Assembly (NCBI GenBank): GCA_045133435.1
Contig: JBGUUF010000175.1
Coordinates: 1-27,020 of the forward strand
From: Acutalibacteraceae bacterium
Lineage (GTDB): Bacteria > Bacillota > Clostridia > Oscillospirales > Acutalibacteraceae
Direction: 5' to 3'
Length of the DNA: 27,020 nucleotides
Both the position numbers and the translations under genes were made by a program. The notes below the pieces were generated by a model. It had not been told where the DNA came from. It saw only the letters and a list, made by a program, of their open reading frames with translations, and did not search any database. Each line of letters opens with the position of its first letter. Within the stretch, counting starts at the first letter, position 1. Positions 1 to 9,900 of this stretch are shown here, in pieces.

Positions 1-1
1 A

Positions 2-571
2 TCGACAACTGAGCCGAGCAAGACAGAAAAGACCGCCACAAGCCAAAATTCGGGCAGTGTGGGGCAGAATTCAGAGGGTGAGCAAGAACACCCGAAAAGC
101 TCGCAACAGAGCCAAAATGAGGCTCCAAAACAGCAATCAAAGACGGATACGCAGACTGAAAATAAGCCGAAAGCTTCTCAAGCGCCGAAGGCTGCTGAAA
201 AGCCCAAAGCCGAGGAAAAACCGAAAGAAACGGAAGCTCCAAAGCCAAAGGCAACGGAAAAGCCAAAGGCGACGCAAAAGCCTGCGGAACAGCCAAAGCC
301 GCAATCTGTCGACTTAGGTCGTGTAACAAGCGCACTGATAAGCTACGGCTGCTCGCTCGGTATGGTGTATAATTCTTCGCTGAATACCGGAAACGCCGGA
401 TGGTTTCCTCCGCTTGATGTCAGCGGATACAGCAATACCGACAGCGTGATCTCTGCCGGATACGATGAAGTAGGCTATCTGCCATACTACTTCGGCAGCA
501 GCGCCGAACCCGGCGATATAGCGTTCAACGTAATAGCAAGCAACAACCAGATATATGTAGTATATGGCTAA
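2..571 (+). CDS. 5'-truncated hypothetical protein with P/K/E/Q-rich linker and small C-terminal domain, probably surface-exposed
   Basis: Frame is open from base 2 (STTEPSKTEKT...), so the GTG at 59 is probably internal. EKPK/PKA low-complexity repeats, then a globular end (...NQIYVVYG). A terminator follows. Confidence 0.75.
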   Translation, partial: STTEPSKTEKTATSQNSGSVGQNSEGEQEHPKSSQQSQNEAPKQQSKTDTQTENKPKASQAPKAAEKPKAEEKPKETEAPKPKATEKPKATQKPAEQPKPQSVDLGRVTSALISYGCSLGMVYNSSLNTGNAGWFPPLDVSGYSNTDSVISAGYDEVGYLPYYFGSSAEPGDIAFNVIASNNQIYVVYG

Positions 572-576
572 TATCG

Positions 577-604
577 AAACACCCGAACTCGCTTCGGGTG
601 TTTT
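577..604 (+). terminator. Intrinsic terminator-like hairpin
   Basis: Perfect 11-bp stem AAACACCCGAA (577-587) / TTCGGGTGTTT (593-603), 5-nt loop, T-rich tail, directly after the stop at 571. Confidence 0.75.
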
Positions 605-631
605 CCTTTAGAAACGAGGTGACAAACAGAC

Positions 632-1786
632 ATGAATGTTTTAACAAAAATCGGATATAGCAACTTAACCGTAGAAATCAGATTCCCGATTGATGATGAC
701 TCGCTCGAAAAAATATTACGGGACAATTATATGCCCACTGATACGACAAAACCGTTTTCTGTACGGTCAATAGACTATCCCGAAGTGCTGTCAGGACTCG
801 AAGGACAGACCGTCAATCTGGACGAGCTCAATTACCTTGCCAAAAGGATTGAATGCTTCTTTGATGATGAATTCAATCAGTTCAGCGCAGCGGTTGACCA
901 CACAAAAGCGACCGGCCTCAAGGACTTAATCAACCTCTCGTTCAACCTTGATAAATATACGCTGATTACGGATATCAGTGATATGACGAAGGTCGGCAGA
1001 GAATATGTACTCAACACTGAAGGTTCAGTTCCTGCCGATACCAGATATGATGAAAAGTACGCTCAAATCGGCAAAGAATTGCTGAATTCAGGTCGCGGGA
1101 TCTTTACAGAAAAAGGTCTGCTGTTTATAGAGGACAAACCACTTGAAGAAATCTATGACGGTCAGGTTTTTCCGTCCTTCGCGTATAACCGTTCCATTGC
1201 GGATGTAGAAATCGAATACAACGGCAAACTTGAAACCGTCTTTTTGCCGGACTCAGAGCTTGCCATTAGTAAAGCGATAAACAGGCTTGGAGCGGAGAGT
1301 ATTGAAGATTGTGACTGCGTGATGGAGATTCTCGATCCCAAGTACAATAAGCTGAGTGACACGCTTGAAGAAATCTTCAATAACGAGGGCATCAACGAGC
1401 TTAACAGTATCCTAAAAACATTGAACGAATACGATATTGATCCAAACATGGTATCCGCCCTAATCGAATATACCGGCGTAACCTCGGCAAGCGACGTCAA
1501 TGTGCTGATAGACAGTGTTGATGACTTTGAACTAATCGCTGACGTTGACGAGGGCGACTATGACGAAGTTGGCAGATACTTTATCAATCACACTGATGAT
1601 TATGATTTGTCCGAGGAATTGGAAGATTTCTTCGACTTCCAAGAGTTCGGAGAATATATCTCTGACGAAAAGTCAGGGCAGTTCGTATCCGGTGGCTTCA
1701 TTTACTATATCGGATACAACAGCTTGGACGAAATAATGGATCAGCTTGATACCGCTGACAGCTCTATGCGGATGGGAGGTATGTAA
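632..1786 (+). CDS. ardA: ArdA-like antirestriction protein (acidic DNA mimic, two ArdA-like modules)
   Basis: NLDELNYLAKRI...KDLINL...VGR motif and C-terminal EVGRY...LEDFFDFQEFGEYI..SGQFVSGGFI resemble ArdA-type domains. Very D/E-rich. SD GAGGTG at 616-621. Ends SMRMGGM. Confidence 0.7.
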   Translation: MNVLTKIGYSNLTVEIRFPIDDDSLEKILRDNYMPTDTTKPFSVRSIDYPEVLSGLEGQTVNLDELNYLAKRIECFFDDEFNQFSAAVDHTKATGLKDLINLSFNLDKYTLITDISDMTKVGREYVLNTEGSVPADTRYDEKYAQIGKELLNSGRGIFTEKGLLFIEDKPLEEIYDGQVFPSFAYNRSIADVEIEYNGKLETVFLPDSELAISKAINRLGAESIEDCDCVMEILDPKYNKLSDTLEEIFNNEGINELNSILKTLNEYDIDPNMVSALIEYTGVTSASDVNVLIDSVDDFELIADVDEGDYDEVGRYFINHTDDYDLSEELEDFFDFQEFGEYISDEKSGQFVSGGFIYYIGYNSLDEIMDQLDTADSSMRMGGM

Positions 1787-1787
1787 G

Positions 1788-2324
1788 ATGACCGATAAAC
1801 GCATGGAAGAACTATTGAATAACATCCTTTTTTGGATCACTGAACTCGTTCACGACGACGAAGAGATATATCATACGCTTCATGACGTTATTGGTATGAA
1901 CGATTGTGAAATCGTAAACTGCGGTATTGATTATCTGAGCGAGTATTTTACGGATAGACCGGATAAATCTATGCTATTCTCAAAGGTTACGCTTACCGCA
2001 GATAATGGTTCAACGGATGAATTCATCTGCGGAGGTATCGTAAACTGCGAGGAAGATTTGGAAAATGCTGATCTTTACAATGAATTTCTCGAAGATAACC
2101 CTGATGCTGAAAGCATTGAGGTCAACGCCAGAGTGTACTCCTTCGGAGATGGAGAGTCAGAGAATGCAGATGACGAGGAACTTGCGTATATCAGAAACAG
2201 AGGCGATGAATTCCTTGACAGTGATGAAGTCGACGATATAGAATCCTCCAACTTTATCATCCTTACCGAGAATGAAGAATTTGAGGAAGAGGATGATGAA
2301 CCGTTCAGAATGGGAGGCTTGTAA
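1788..2324 (+). CDS. Acidic hypothetical protein, two-domain; C-terminal domain paralogous to the next gene
   Basis: Start moved from 1746 to ATG 1788 (GGAGG at 1775-1779, 8 nt upstream). LFSKVTLTA domain shared with 2324..2662. Ends EDDEPFRMGGL. Confidence 0.8.
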   Translation: MTDKRMEELLNNILFWITELVHDDEEIYHTLHDVIGMNDCEIVNCGIDYLSEYFTDRPDKSMLFSKVTLTADNGSTDEFICGGIVNCEEDLENADLYNEFLEDNPDAESIEVNARVYSFGDGESENADDEELAYIRNRGDEFLDSDEVDDIESSNFIILTENEEFEEEDDEPFRMGGL

Positions 2325-2662
2325 TGGCAATCCTATTCTCAAAAGTAACGCTTACCGCCGAAAACGGAAATGCGGCACAGCTCCTTTGCAGTGGGATCCC
2401 GAAAAGCCATTATGACTTAGAGGATTGGCTGATTTATCAAAAGTTTATATGCGACAATCTCGACTGTCGTCAAATCAAAGCAGAAGTTGAGTCCTTTCTC
2501 TATGGAGAGGGAGAGGTATTCACAGCAAATGAATATGAGATAGCTGCCTACACAGGCAGAGGCGAAGGATTCCTTACGCATCCCGACGTGCATCCGCAAG
2601 GCAGATCGGAATTTACAATATACACTCCCATTATTAGAAACGAGGTGAGCTTATGCTTATAA
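2324..2662 (+). CDS. Hypothetical protein (LFSKVTLTA domain)
   Basis: TAATG overlap with the upstream stop and GGAGG SD. Homologous to the C-terminal part of 1788..2324. Confidence 0.75.
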   Translation: MAILFSKVTLTAENGNAAQLLCSGIPKSHYDLEDWLIYQKFICDNLDCRQIKAEVESFLYGEGEVFTANEYEIAAYTGRGEGFLTHPDVHPQGRSEFTIYTPIIRNEVSLCL

Positions 2663-3504
2663 CAGCAGTTGTGAATAACAAAGGAAACACAGTTGTGGTA
2701 GATCTTCCGCGCGACAGAATGGATCTTGATACAAAGCTATACTCCATCGGGCAGGAGTTATCCCACAACACACCCATAACAGACGATCCAGACAGTGATA
2801 TTACCGTAAAGCTGTTGTCTGACAGCGATATCGGCACTCACTTGATAAAGCTGTTCAACGACAGCCATACGCTGAGAGATGTCAACAATCTCACCAATTC
2901 TGTGATGAACGCGCCGGATGAAGTCAAAGAGGCGATAGAATCAGATATCCTTAACGATCAGTATTCTACGCCTGATGAACTCATTGAGGATGTCAAAAAG
3001 CAGACATTTGAAGCCGGACAGTACACTGAAACCTTCTACTTTCCGCTTACCGGTATGCTTGAAGATGAAGAGTACGATGACGAGTACGAAGTAGGCAACC
3101 CTTTCCTCATGGATTATAAATGGGATATTGATGAACTCGTGGAAAAAGAGCAGGATGCTGACTTGGGCGATATGAAGGATTATTTCTACGATGACGATAA
3201 CGCCCAAGCTAAAATGGTGACTGCCAGATGGGGAATAGCCGAGAAGAACGGCAAGCTCTATGGCAAGGTCGATTTCAAACTCCGTGAGCCTTTCTCGGCA
3301 GAAGAAAAGGAAAAGGTCAGGAATTGGGTTTGTGGTCAGAACTCAGACGGCTTTGGGGAAGGGCTTGAACAGAGACCTATCGAAACCGAGGACGGCGACC
3401 TTTATGTATCCATGTGGAGCTCCGGCGATGATTACTTTATCTACGATGAGAACGAGATGAATGAATATCTTTCTCAGCAGCAAAGCGGAGGGATGAAGCT
3501 GTGA
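2653..3504 (+). CDS. Acidic conserved ICE hypothetical protein with GQxSDGxGEGxEQ motif
   Basis: SD GAGGTG upstream, overlaps both neighbours. GQNSDGFGEGLEQRPI...LYVSMW motif is one I recall from Clostridial ICE proteins. Ends QQQSGGMKL. Confidence 0.8.
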   Translation: MLITAVVNNKGNTVVVDLPRDRMDLDTKLYSIGQELSHNTPITDDPDSDITVKLLSDSDIGTHLIKLFNDSHTLRDVNNLTNSVMNAPDEVKEAIESDILNDQYSTPDELIEDVKKQTFEAGQYTETFYFPLTGMLEDEEYDDEYEVGNPFLMDYKWDIDELVEKEQDADLGDMKDYFYDDDNAQAKMVTARWGIAEKNGKLYGKVDFKLREPFSAEEKEKVRNWVCGQNSDGFGEGLEQRPIETEDGDLYVSMWSSGDDYFIYDENEMNEYLSQQQSGGMKL

Positions 3505-4490
3505 CGTATGCGGATTTAGCCAATTGGCTTGAAAACGACGCTGACCGTCACTGTATCGTTGAAGAAAGAGGAGATCGAAAGCACCTAGTCAAAGTACCGT
3601 ATGATGATGACTTCGACTTTCTCTATTATCAAAGAGTTTGCAACGGTAACAATCTGTCCCGTAACCAAGCCTTTTACTACTGTGGTTTCTACAATAAGCT
3701 GGACGGAAAGCTTTACGACTTGCAAAGTGTATTGAGAGGAAAATGTCCTGAACTATATTCAGGAAAAACGATCCGTTCCATACAGGATGAATTTGAGTCT
3801 GCAGTTCGCAGCTTTGTCGAAAACACTGTAGATAATAACGTCGATAACCTTCGCAGTCCATTTTTTGAGGATGCGTCATATCAGCAAAAGTTTGACCATT
3901 TCAGAGAATACTATGTGGACTCAGATGTTCGGCAGAGATTCTTGAACGGTGGGACCGCAGACGATGTAAAATTCCACTGCGACTATGACTGTAACAGATT
4001 TGAAGAAGCTCAAATGATACGGTTTCTCAAATACCCGACTGCAGCTGTAGAAGAAGCGGCGACAGAGTATTGGCAGACTCATCAGGATGATATGCTTCTC
4101 AAACTGTATATGAACGAACACGTCCGTGATTTCCTTGAAAAGCTCGAAGCCCAAGAAGATACACGCTTTCACCGCCAGAGAAATATCAGCAAGGCAATCA
4201 ATGAGAGCGGAGCAAAGTCTGTAAATGTAACTATCCAACGTGACGGAAAGGATTTCACATTCAAGTATGATGCGTATAAGCTTGGCTGTAACGCATATAT
4301 GGATTATCATTCTTGGGATATGCCCGCGAAAGACAGAGAAAACTTTCGGAATATGTTTGAGGAAGGCTCGCGGTTCTATCCGCAGGAAATCACCGCGATC
4401 ACTTACAGAGGAAAAACGATCTATGAAGCTGAGCCCTGGGGCATTGACGAATCTCCTGATGAGGGCGAAAGCTTTGATATGAAGATGTAG
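3501..4490 (+). CDS. Conserved ICE hypothetical protein
   Basis: GTG start overlapping the previous stop (GTGA) with GGAGG SD. 329-aa ORF in the operon. Ends DEGESFDMKM. Confidence 0.8.
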   Translation: MTYADLANWLENDADRHCIVEERGDRKHLVKVPYDDDFDFLYYQRVCNGNNLSRNQAFYYCGFYNKLDGKLYDLQSVLRGKCPELYSGKTIRSIQDEFESAVRSFVENTVDNNVDNLRSPFFEDASYQQKFDHFREYYVDSDVRQRFLNGGTADDVKFHCDYDCNRFEEAQMIRFLKYPTAAVEEAATEYWQTHQDDMLLKLYMNEHVRDFLEKLEAQEDTRFHRQRNISKAINESGAKSVNVTIQRDGKDFTFKYDAYKLGCNAYMDYHSWDMPAKDRENFRNMFEEGSRFYPQEITAITYRGKTIYEAEPWGIDESPDEGESFDMKM

Positions 4491-4504
4491 AAGGTGAAGC
4501 ACCA

Positions 4505-6061
4505 ATGACACAGATACAAATAGAACTGACAATGGAGAAAGAAAACGGCGGCGGTTACTTTTACGCCTCACTTAATCTGCCCGCGACCAAGATGCAGATT
4601 GAGAATGCCAAACAGCAGGCGCGGTATATGCCGAACCTTAATCTTTACCATGATATCTCGGTCTACGAATCGACCGGAATCAGCTTTGATAACGTAAGGC
4701 TGGATACCACGAGCATTGAGGAACTCAACTTCCTTGCAAAGCGGTTGAATTCGCTGAACCGTCAGGAGCAGACTGCCTTTGACGCCTTGACGGAGAAATA
4801 TTTTTCCAATATAGGCAGAGAAGATATCGCATCCGTAAAGGATTTGATTAATCTGACTTACGGTTTGGATACGATTCCGATGCTTCGGAATATCAACGAC
4901 CTTGAAGAACTCGGCAGATTCGCTGTTGTGAATGATTTCATTACAGACTTAGAAGAAGTTCCCGATTCAGCGCTGAAATACCTTGATTATGAGGTGATTG
5001 GACAGGAGCAGATGGAGAAAGATGACGGCTTCTTTATCGACGGCTGTTATGTCGCCGTTGGTGAGTACGGGTACCCCGAAGTTTATGACGGAGTAAATAT
5101 TCCGCAGACAGAAGAATTTGAAAACGCTGTATTCAGGCTCCTTGTATCTAAGACTCCCGTAGAGGATCCGAGCGAGGTGATGGACAGCGCAAGGTGGCTT
5201 GAACTGCCGATAGGTATTGATGAGCTCCACGAGTTTGCCGAAGAGCTTGGTGCGGACAGTATTGAGGACTGCGTTTACTATGACTTTCAAAGCGGTATTC
5301 CTCAGATCGATGAGGATGTCTTTGACTCTATGGAGAAGATTGAAGCGCTGAATATCATAGCCAACGAATATCTCATGCAGTCATATGACAACCGAATCCT
5401 GTTCAAATCTATCATTGAAGCGGAGAATATCGGCTCCCTCGAAGAAATGAAAGACGTGTTCGGCGCGCTGAACAGGTATGAACTATGTTATCAGGATGAA
5501 AACGCCGATGAGTTTTTCAAGCGATTTCTCGCCTATCACGCTCCGACGGATTTCGATACCAAGTGGCTTGAAGAAGTATCCTCCCACGATGACGCAGAAA
5601 AACTGCTTAAAACACTCGGCGCGAAGGTCACCAATTACGGTATTGTATCTGCTTACGGCAGATCACTTTATGAGAATGTTGCGTTTCCAACGCAGGAAGT
5701 AGAAGCGGAATGCTATGAACTGATGGAGGTGTGCGGACAAAAAGCATTGTTCAGCGACAGTCGTATATACGACAGCGAAGTTCCCGAAGGGATGTACTGT
5801 TATGATTTCAGAGAGGCGACCGGTTCAGAAGATTATTACTACGGCTCAATAGAGAAGAACGTACACATTGATCACGCAGGCTCATTTATCGTGAAAGAGC
5901 CGCTTGATCTCGGTACAGATGGCTATATCGAGCTCGATTACGATACCGAGCCGAATTTTCTCGGAGAAATGATGACAGCGGAAGAATTCGCAAATACAGA
6001 TTTCCCCGATGATGAAAATATAGATGATGAACCCATACAGACAGGAGGAATGAAAATATGA
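4505..6061 (+). CDS. ardA: ArdA-like antirestriction protein fused to a C-terminal LPD28-like domain
   Basis: SIEELNFLAKRL...KDLINLTY...LGR...LKYLDYEVIG..DGFF matches the 632..1786 module. From about 5711, EVCGQKALFSDSRI...VPEGMYCYDFR...HAGS...NFLGEMMTAEEF resembles LPD28 (polyvalent-protein-associated domain). Ends EPIQTGGMKI. Confidence 0.7.
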   Translation: MTQIQIELTMEKENGGGYFYASLNLPATKMQIENAKQQARYMPNLNLYHDISVYESTGISFDNVRLDTTSIEELNFLAKRLNSLNRQEQTAFDALTEKYFSNIGREDIASVKDLINLTYGLDTIPMLRNINDLEELGRFAVVNDFITDLEEVPDSALKYLDYEVIGQEQMEKDDGFFIDGCYVAVGEYGYPEVYDGVNIPQTEEFENAVFRLLVSKTPVEDPSEVMDSARWLELPIGIDELHEFAEELGADSIEDCVYYDFQSGIPQIDEDVFDSMEKIEALNIIANEYLMQSYDNRILFKSIIEAENIGSLEEMKDVFGALNRYELCYQDENADEFFKRFLAYHAPTDFDTKWLEEVSSHDDAEKLLKTLGAKVTNYGIVSAYGRSLYENVAFPTQEVEAECYELMEVCGQKALFSDSRIYDSEVPEGMYCYDFREATGSEDYYYGSIEKNVHIDHAGSFIVKEPLDLGTDGYIELDYDTEPNFLGEMMTAEEFANTDFPDDENIDDEPIQTGGMKI

Positions 6062-6654
6062 TTCAGAATATACAGGCAGTTGATCTTCGGAAAATGAACG
6101 GCAAAGAGGGATTGATCCTTCAAGGCTGCGGCGGAGATCCGCAGGAATGGGTAGACGGCATAAATCAGATGTTGACTGAAGCAGGAATACTCCTTGATAA
6201 CACAAAGTTTACCGATGTAAGCGTATTTGAACATGAAGGTCACACCAACATCCTGTTCCCGTTTGATGACAGCGTCCATGTCCACACAGGAAAGCTTGCC
6301 ATGTGGCGGCTTGCTACCCATAACGATTTCGGCGGCACATGGCTCTCCGATTATGTTGACAACAATCTCGGCGGTTTCAAAACCGAGGAAAAGGAGAGAG
6401 TAAAACCCGACTGTCCATTGATTGGCGCAGACGGCAACATCTTTAATCTCATGGGAATCGCATCCAGAACGCTCAAGCAAAACGGCATGAGGGACGAGGC
6501 TCATGAGATGTGCGACCGAGTAACAAAATCCGGCAGCTACTCCGAGGCACTTGGAATCATTGGAGAATACGTCAACATCACCGACGGCTCCGAGAGCGAG
6601 GACTATGATGACTTTGATGAGGATGACGACGAAGGGATGGGCATGCGGTTATGA
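6058..6654 (+). CDS. Conserved ICE/phage hypothetical protein, two small domains
   Basis: ATGA overlap with AGGAGG SD. GLILQGCGGDPQEW and KPDCPLIGADGNIFNLMGIASRTL motifs. Acidic tail ending DDDEGMGMRL. Confidence 0.8.
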   Translation: MIQNIQAVDLRKMNGKEGLILQGCGGDPQEWVDGINQMLTEAGILLDNTKFTDVSVFEHEGHTNILFPFDDSVHVHTGKLAMWRLATHNDFGGTWLSDYVDNNLGGFKTEEKERVKPDCPLIGADGNIFNLMGIASRTLKQNGMRDEAHEMCDRVTKSGSYSEALGIIGEYVNITDGSESEDYDDFDEDDDEGMGMRL

Positions 6655-6827
6655 AAACGCTAATTTTAACCGATGATGAATCCGACGTTCTCGAAGAACT
6701 CGTAGGCAAAGCTTTGTGTGGCTATACAGATGAGAGGACAGAACAGATCCTGACAGGATTGGAAGAGAAGTTTGCAAATCTTAACAGCGATGAATCCCTC
6801 GAAACAAACAGGGGAATGAAGCTGTAA
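6651..6827 (+). CDS. Small acidic hypothetical protein (58 aa), not in the supplied ORF track
   Basis: ATGA overlap with the previous gene. MKTLILTDDESDVLEELVGKALCGYTDERTEQILTGLEEKFANLNSDESLETNRGMKL ends in the cluster's tail motif. Confidence 0.7.
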   Translation: MKTLILTDDESDVLEELVGKALCGYTDERTEQILTGLEEKFANLNSDESLETNRGMKL

Positions 6828-6837
6828 GTTGAGATAT

Positions 6838-6882
6838 ATGTACGGAAAACCATATGAAGAAAGGCAGGCGATGAGGTTATGA
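6838..6882 (+). CDS. Possible 14-aa mini-ORF or gene remnant (MYGKPYEERQAMRL)
   Basis: ATG 6838 to TGA 6882. Ends with the same M-R-L tail as 6058..6654. Only a weak SD upstream. Confidence 0.3.
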   Translation: MYGKPYEERQAMRL

Positions 6883-6926
6883 TTTACTGCAGCCCTATCG
6901 GGTAAATCAACACACTATTTCAATGC

Positions 6927-6959
6927 GGCAGAGGAAATACCTCTGCCTATTCTATTTTT
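6927..6959 (+). terminator. Intrinsic terminator ending the acidic-protein operon
   Basis: GGCAGAGG (6927-6934) / CCTCTGCC (6940-6947) stem, 5-nt loop, followed by TATTCTATTTTT. Confidence 0.7.
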
Positions 6960-6976
6960 GAAGAAAGGAATTGCAC

Positions 6977-9900
6977 ATGGACAAAATTGTTTCAAGAAAA
7001 AATTTCAGAAGAGTATCGGCGCTTATCCTTGCGGCGGTAACAATCCTCTCCGTGTTTTTCGCCCTTCCCGTAGGAGCGCAGACAGGAGATAAGACAACCA
7101 TCACCTTTGATTATTGTTATGACACGGCAGGCAACATCATTACTTTCGCCAAGACTGTTACCAACGGCAGCGTTACCGTAGGAACACCCGGTGAAGAGCT
7201 CTGCAGAATCTACGCGGACGGCAAAGACGCCTACTGCATTGAACCCGGCTACAGCCTGTTTTCGGGCAATCAGCTGACAGAAGGAAAATCTTCTGTTTGG
7301 GACGGCGTTTCTGCGGCCAAGAGAAAGGCGATCAATATTGCGCTTCTCTATGGTAAGCCCGGCAGCGGTAAGAACCTTTCGGGAACCGAGGGTCAGAAGT
7401 GGATTGCTACTCAGCTTATTGTATGGGAACTTATGACCGGATGCCGTAACACAAGCGAAGGCTTCAAGTGTACAAACACCAAGTATATCGACGGTATGTG
7501 CGCAGGCGATAAGAATCCCGGCGTTAAGTCTGTTTACAATTCTATCTCAAAGTCAATGGCGGCTCACAGTACCGTACCTTCTTTTGCTGCGGTATTGGCT
7601 TCAAAGGCTCCTACTCACACGATGGAGTATAAGGACGGCAAGTATCAGATAACACTGACCGATAATAACGGAGTCCTTTCCCAGTTCAATTACAAGACAA
7701 GCGGCAATATCGCTGTCAGCATTTCAGGCAACAAAATGACGCTTGCCACTAATTCTCCTATTACAGAGGAAAAAACGCTTGCTATCAACAAGACTGTCCC
7801 GACAGTTTCGAGCAACTCTGTGCTTGTAGCTCATGGTGATTCCTCCAAGCAGGATGTTATCACGGGTCTTGCTGCTCCCGATCCCGTGCCTTCGATCTTC
7901 AAGCTGAAAACCAGTGCCGGACATCTGAAAATCGTCAAGACCGCAGAGGACGGCAATGTTTCGGGAATTGAATTCACGGTAAAGGGCAGCAACTACAACA
8001 AAACCGCTAAGACCGACAAGAACGGCGAATTGATTCTCGCGGGACTCGTCCCTGGCACCTATACGGTAACGGAAACTCCTTCAGATAAGTATGTCAAGCA
8101 GCCCGCTCAGACCGTTAAGGTTGAGAACGGCAAAACAGCGACAGTCAAGTTTAATAACTCCATCAATAGAGGTAACCTTGATATCGTCAAGACTTCCGAG
8201 GACGGTGTAGTTGCCGACATTCAGTTTACCGTAAAAGGCACAAACTATAATCAGACCGCAAAGACGGATAAGAACGGTAAAATCAGCCTGACAAATCTTC
8301 TTCCCGGTTCCTATACAGTAACAGAGGCTCCCTCGGAGAAGTATGAGAAGCAGGCTCCTCAGACCGTTAAGGTCGAGTATGGCAAAACAGCGACTGTCAA
8401 GTTCCACAACACTATCGACAGAGGCGCTCTCGACATCATCAAGACATCCGAGGATGGCGTTGTAGCGGATATTGAGTTTACCGTAACGGGTAACAATTTC
8501 AATAAGACAGTAAAGACCGACAAGGACGGCAAAATCAACATCCCGAATCTTCTCCCCGGAAAGTACACCATTACCGAGAAAACGCCCGACAGATATGTCA
8601 ATCAGCAGTCCCAGATCGTAACCGTTGAGTACGGCAAGACTGCAAAAGTCAGCTTCAAGAATGTTCTCAAGCGCTCCGAGATCGTCATTCAGAAGAAGGA
8701 TATGGAGAGCAAGAAAATCATTCCTCTCGCCGGATTCGGCTTCCAAATCAAGAAAGCTGACGGAACTCTTGTAAAGGCTGACGGCAAGGATACCTTCTAT
8801 ACCGATAAGACAGGTACCATCAAGCTCCCGATTCAGCTGACCTACGGCAAGTATCAGCTTATCGAGGTGAAAGCAGGAATAGGTTATGTCCTTGACGGTA
8901 AGCCCATTGATTTCAATGTTGACGGTACAAAGACAGTTGTGACTCTTGAACAGTATAACAAGGCTGAAAAGGGAACGATCACCATCTTTAAGCTCGGCGA
9001 CATCTTCAAGACTGTAACCGAGGAAACCGTGACTGCTCCTACAGAGGAAACGGAACCCGAAACTACCGTTCCGAATGACGCAAAGGAAACAGAGCCCACC
9101 GAACCTTCAAAGCCTGCTGAACCTACAGCGCCTTATGGTGATCCTTCCGAGTCTTCTGCTTCGCAGGAGCCCACTAAACCTCAGAAGCCTACCGAACCCA
9201 CAAAAGAGATATTTGATGAGAAAACAACGGCTCCTACTGAGGAAGTAACCGAACCCGAAGAGATCACCAGATATATTCCCGTATTCGAGGAAGGTTATCT
9301 CAAAGGTGCGGAATTTGAAATCACTGCAGCCGAGGACATCACAACTCCCGATGGTGTAGTTCATTACAAGAAGGGTGAAGTGGTAGATACCATCACCACC
9401 TCCAAGAAGGGCAAAGCTGTATCCAAGCAGCTCTATCTTGGTAAATATCTGATTCGTGAGACCAAGAGTCCCTACGGATATATCAGAAACGCGGAGGCAT
9501 ATCCCGTAACACTCAGCTACGCGGGAGAAACCGTTGAGGTAACCAATACCGACCTGACTGTTCACAATCAGAGAGAAAAAGCAGAAGTGTCTCTCAAGAA
9601 GATTATTGAAAGATATGAGAAGCTGAATCTCGGTACTGAGGTTCAGCTCACAAAGGTAGCCTTCGCTATCTACGCCAACGAGGATATCACAGCCGAGGAT
9701 GGCAAGTTCATTCCGAAGGACGGTTTAATTGAAATCGTGTACTGTGATGAAGAGGGCAATGTTAAGTTTGAAACAGAGCTTCCTTTCGGCAAGTACTATG
9801 TTCAGGAATATTCAACCGATGACCACTATGTGCTTGATGATACCAAATATGAGTTTGAGTTTGCCTATTCCGAGGATCTCGATGTGGAGGAAGTCCATAT

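Noticed and set aside
57-317. Basic 86-aa alternative-frame ORF
   Set aside because: It is an off-frame reading of the low-complexity EKPK linker of the 2..571 gene.
1770-6061. Explaining the shared C-terminal tail purely as a by-product of overlapping Shine-Dalgarno sequences
   Set aside because: This accounts for GG in four coupled genes but not for the M-[KRH]-[LMI] ending, which also occurs at 4490, 6827 and 22582 without an overlapping gene. Kept as a partial explanation.
6828-6970. Possible c-di-GMP or fluoride riboswitch upstream of the adhesin
   Set aside because: GGAAAACC and GGCGATG only faintly resemble these aptamers, and the other conserved elements (GNRA-capped stem, CGCAAAGC; CTGATG pseudoknot) are missing. 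An Rfam/Infernal scan would settle it.
7919-8674. 252-bp repeats as a CRISPR array or DGR template/variable repeats
   Set aside because: They are in-frame protein domain repeats with scattered synonymous changes, no spacers, no adenine-specific pattern that I could see and no reverse transcriptase.
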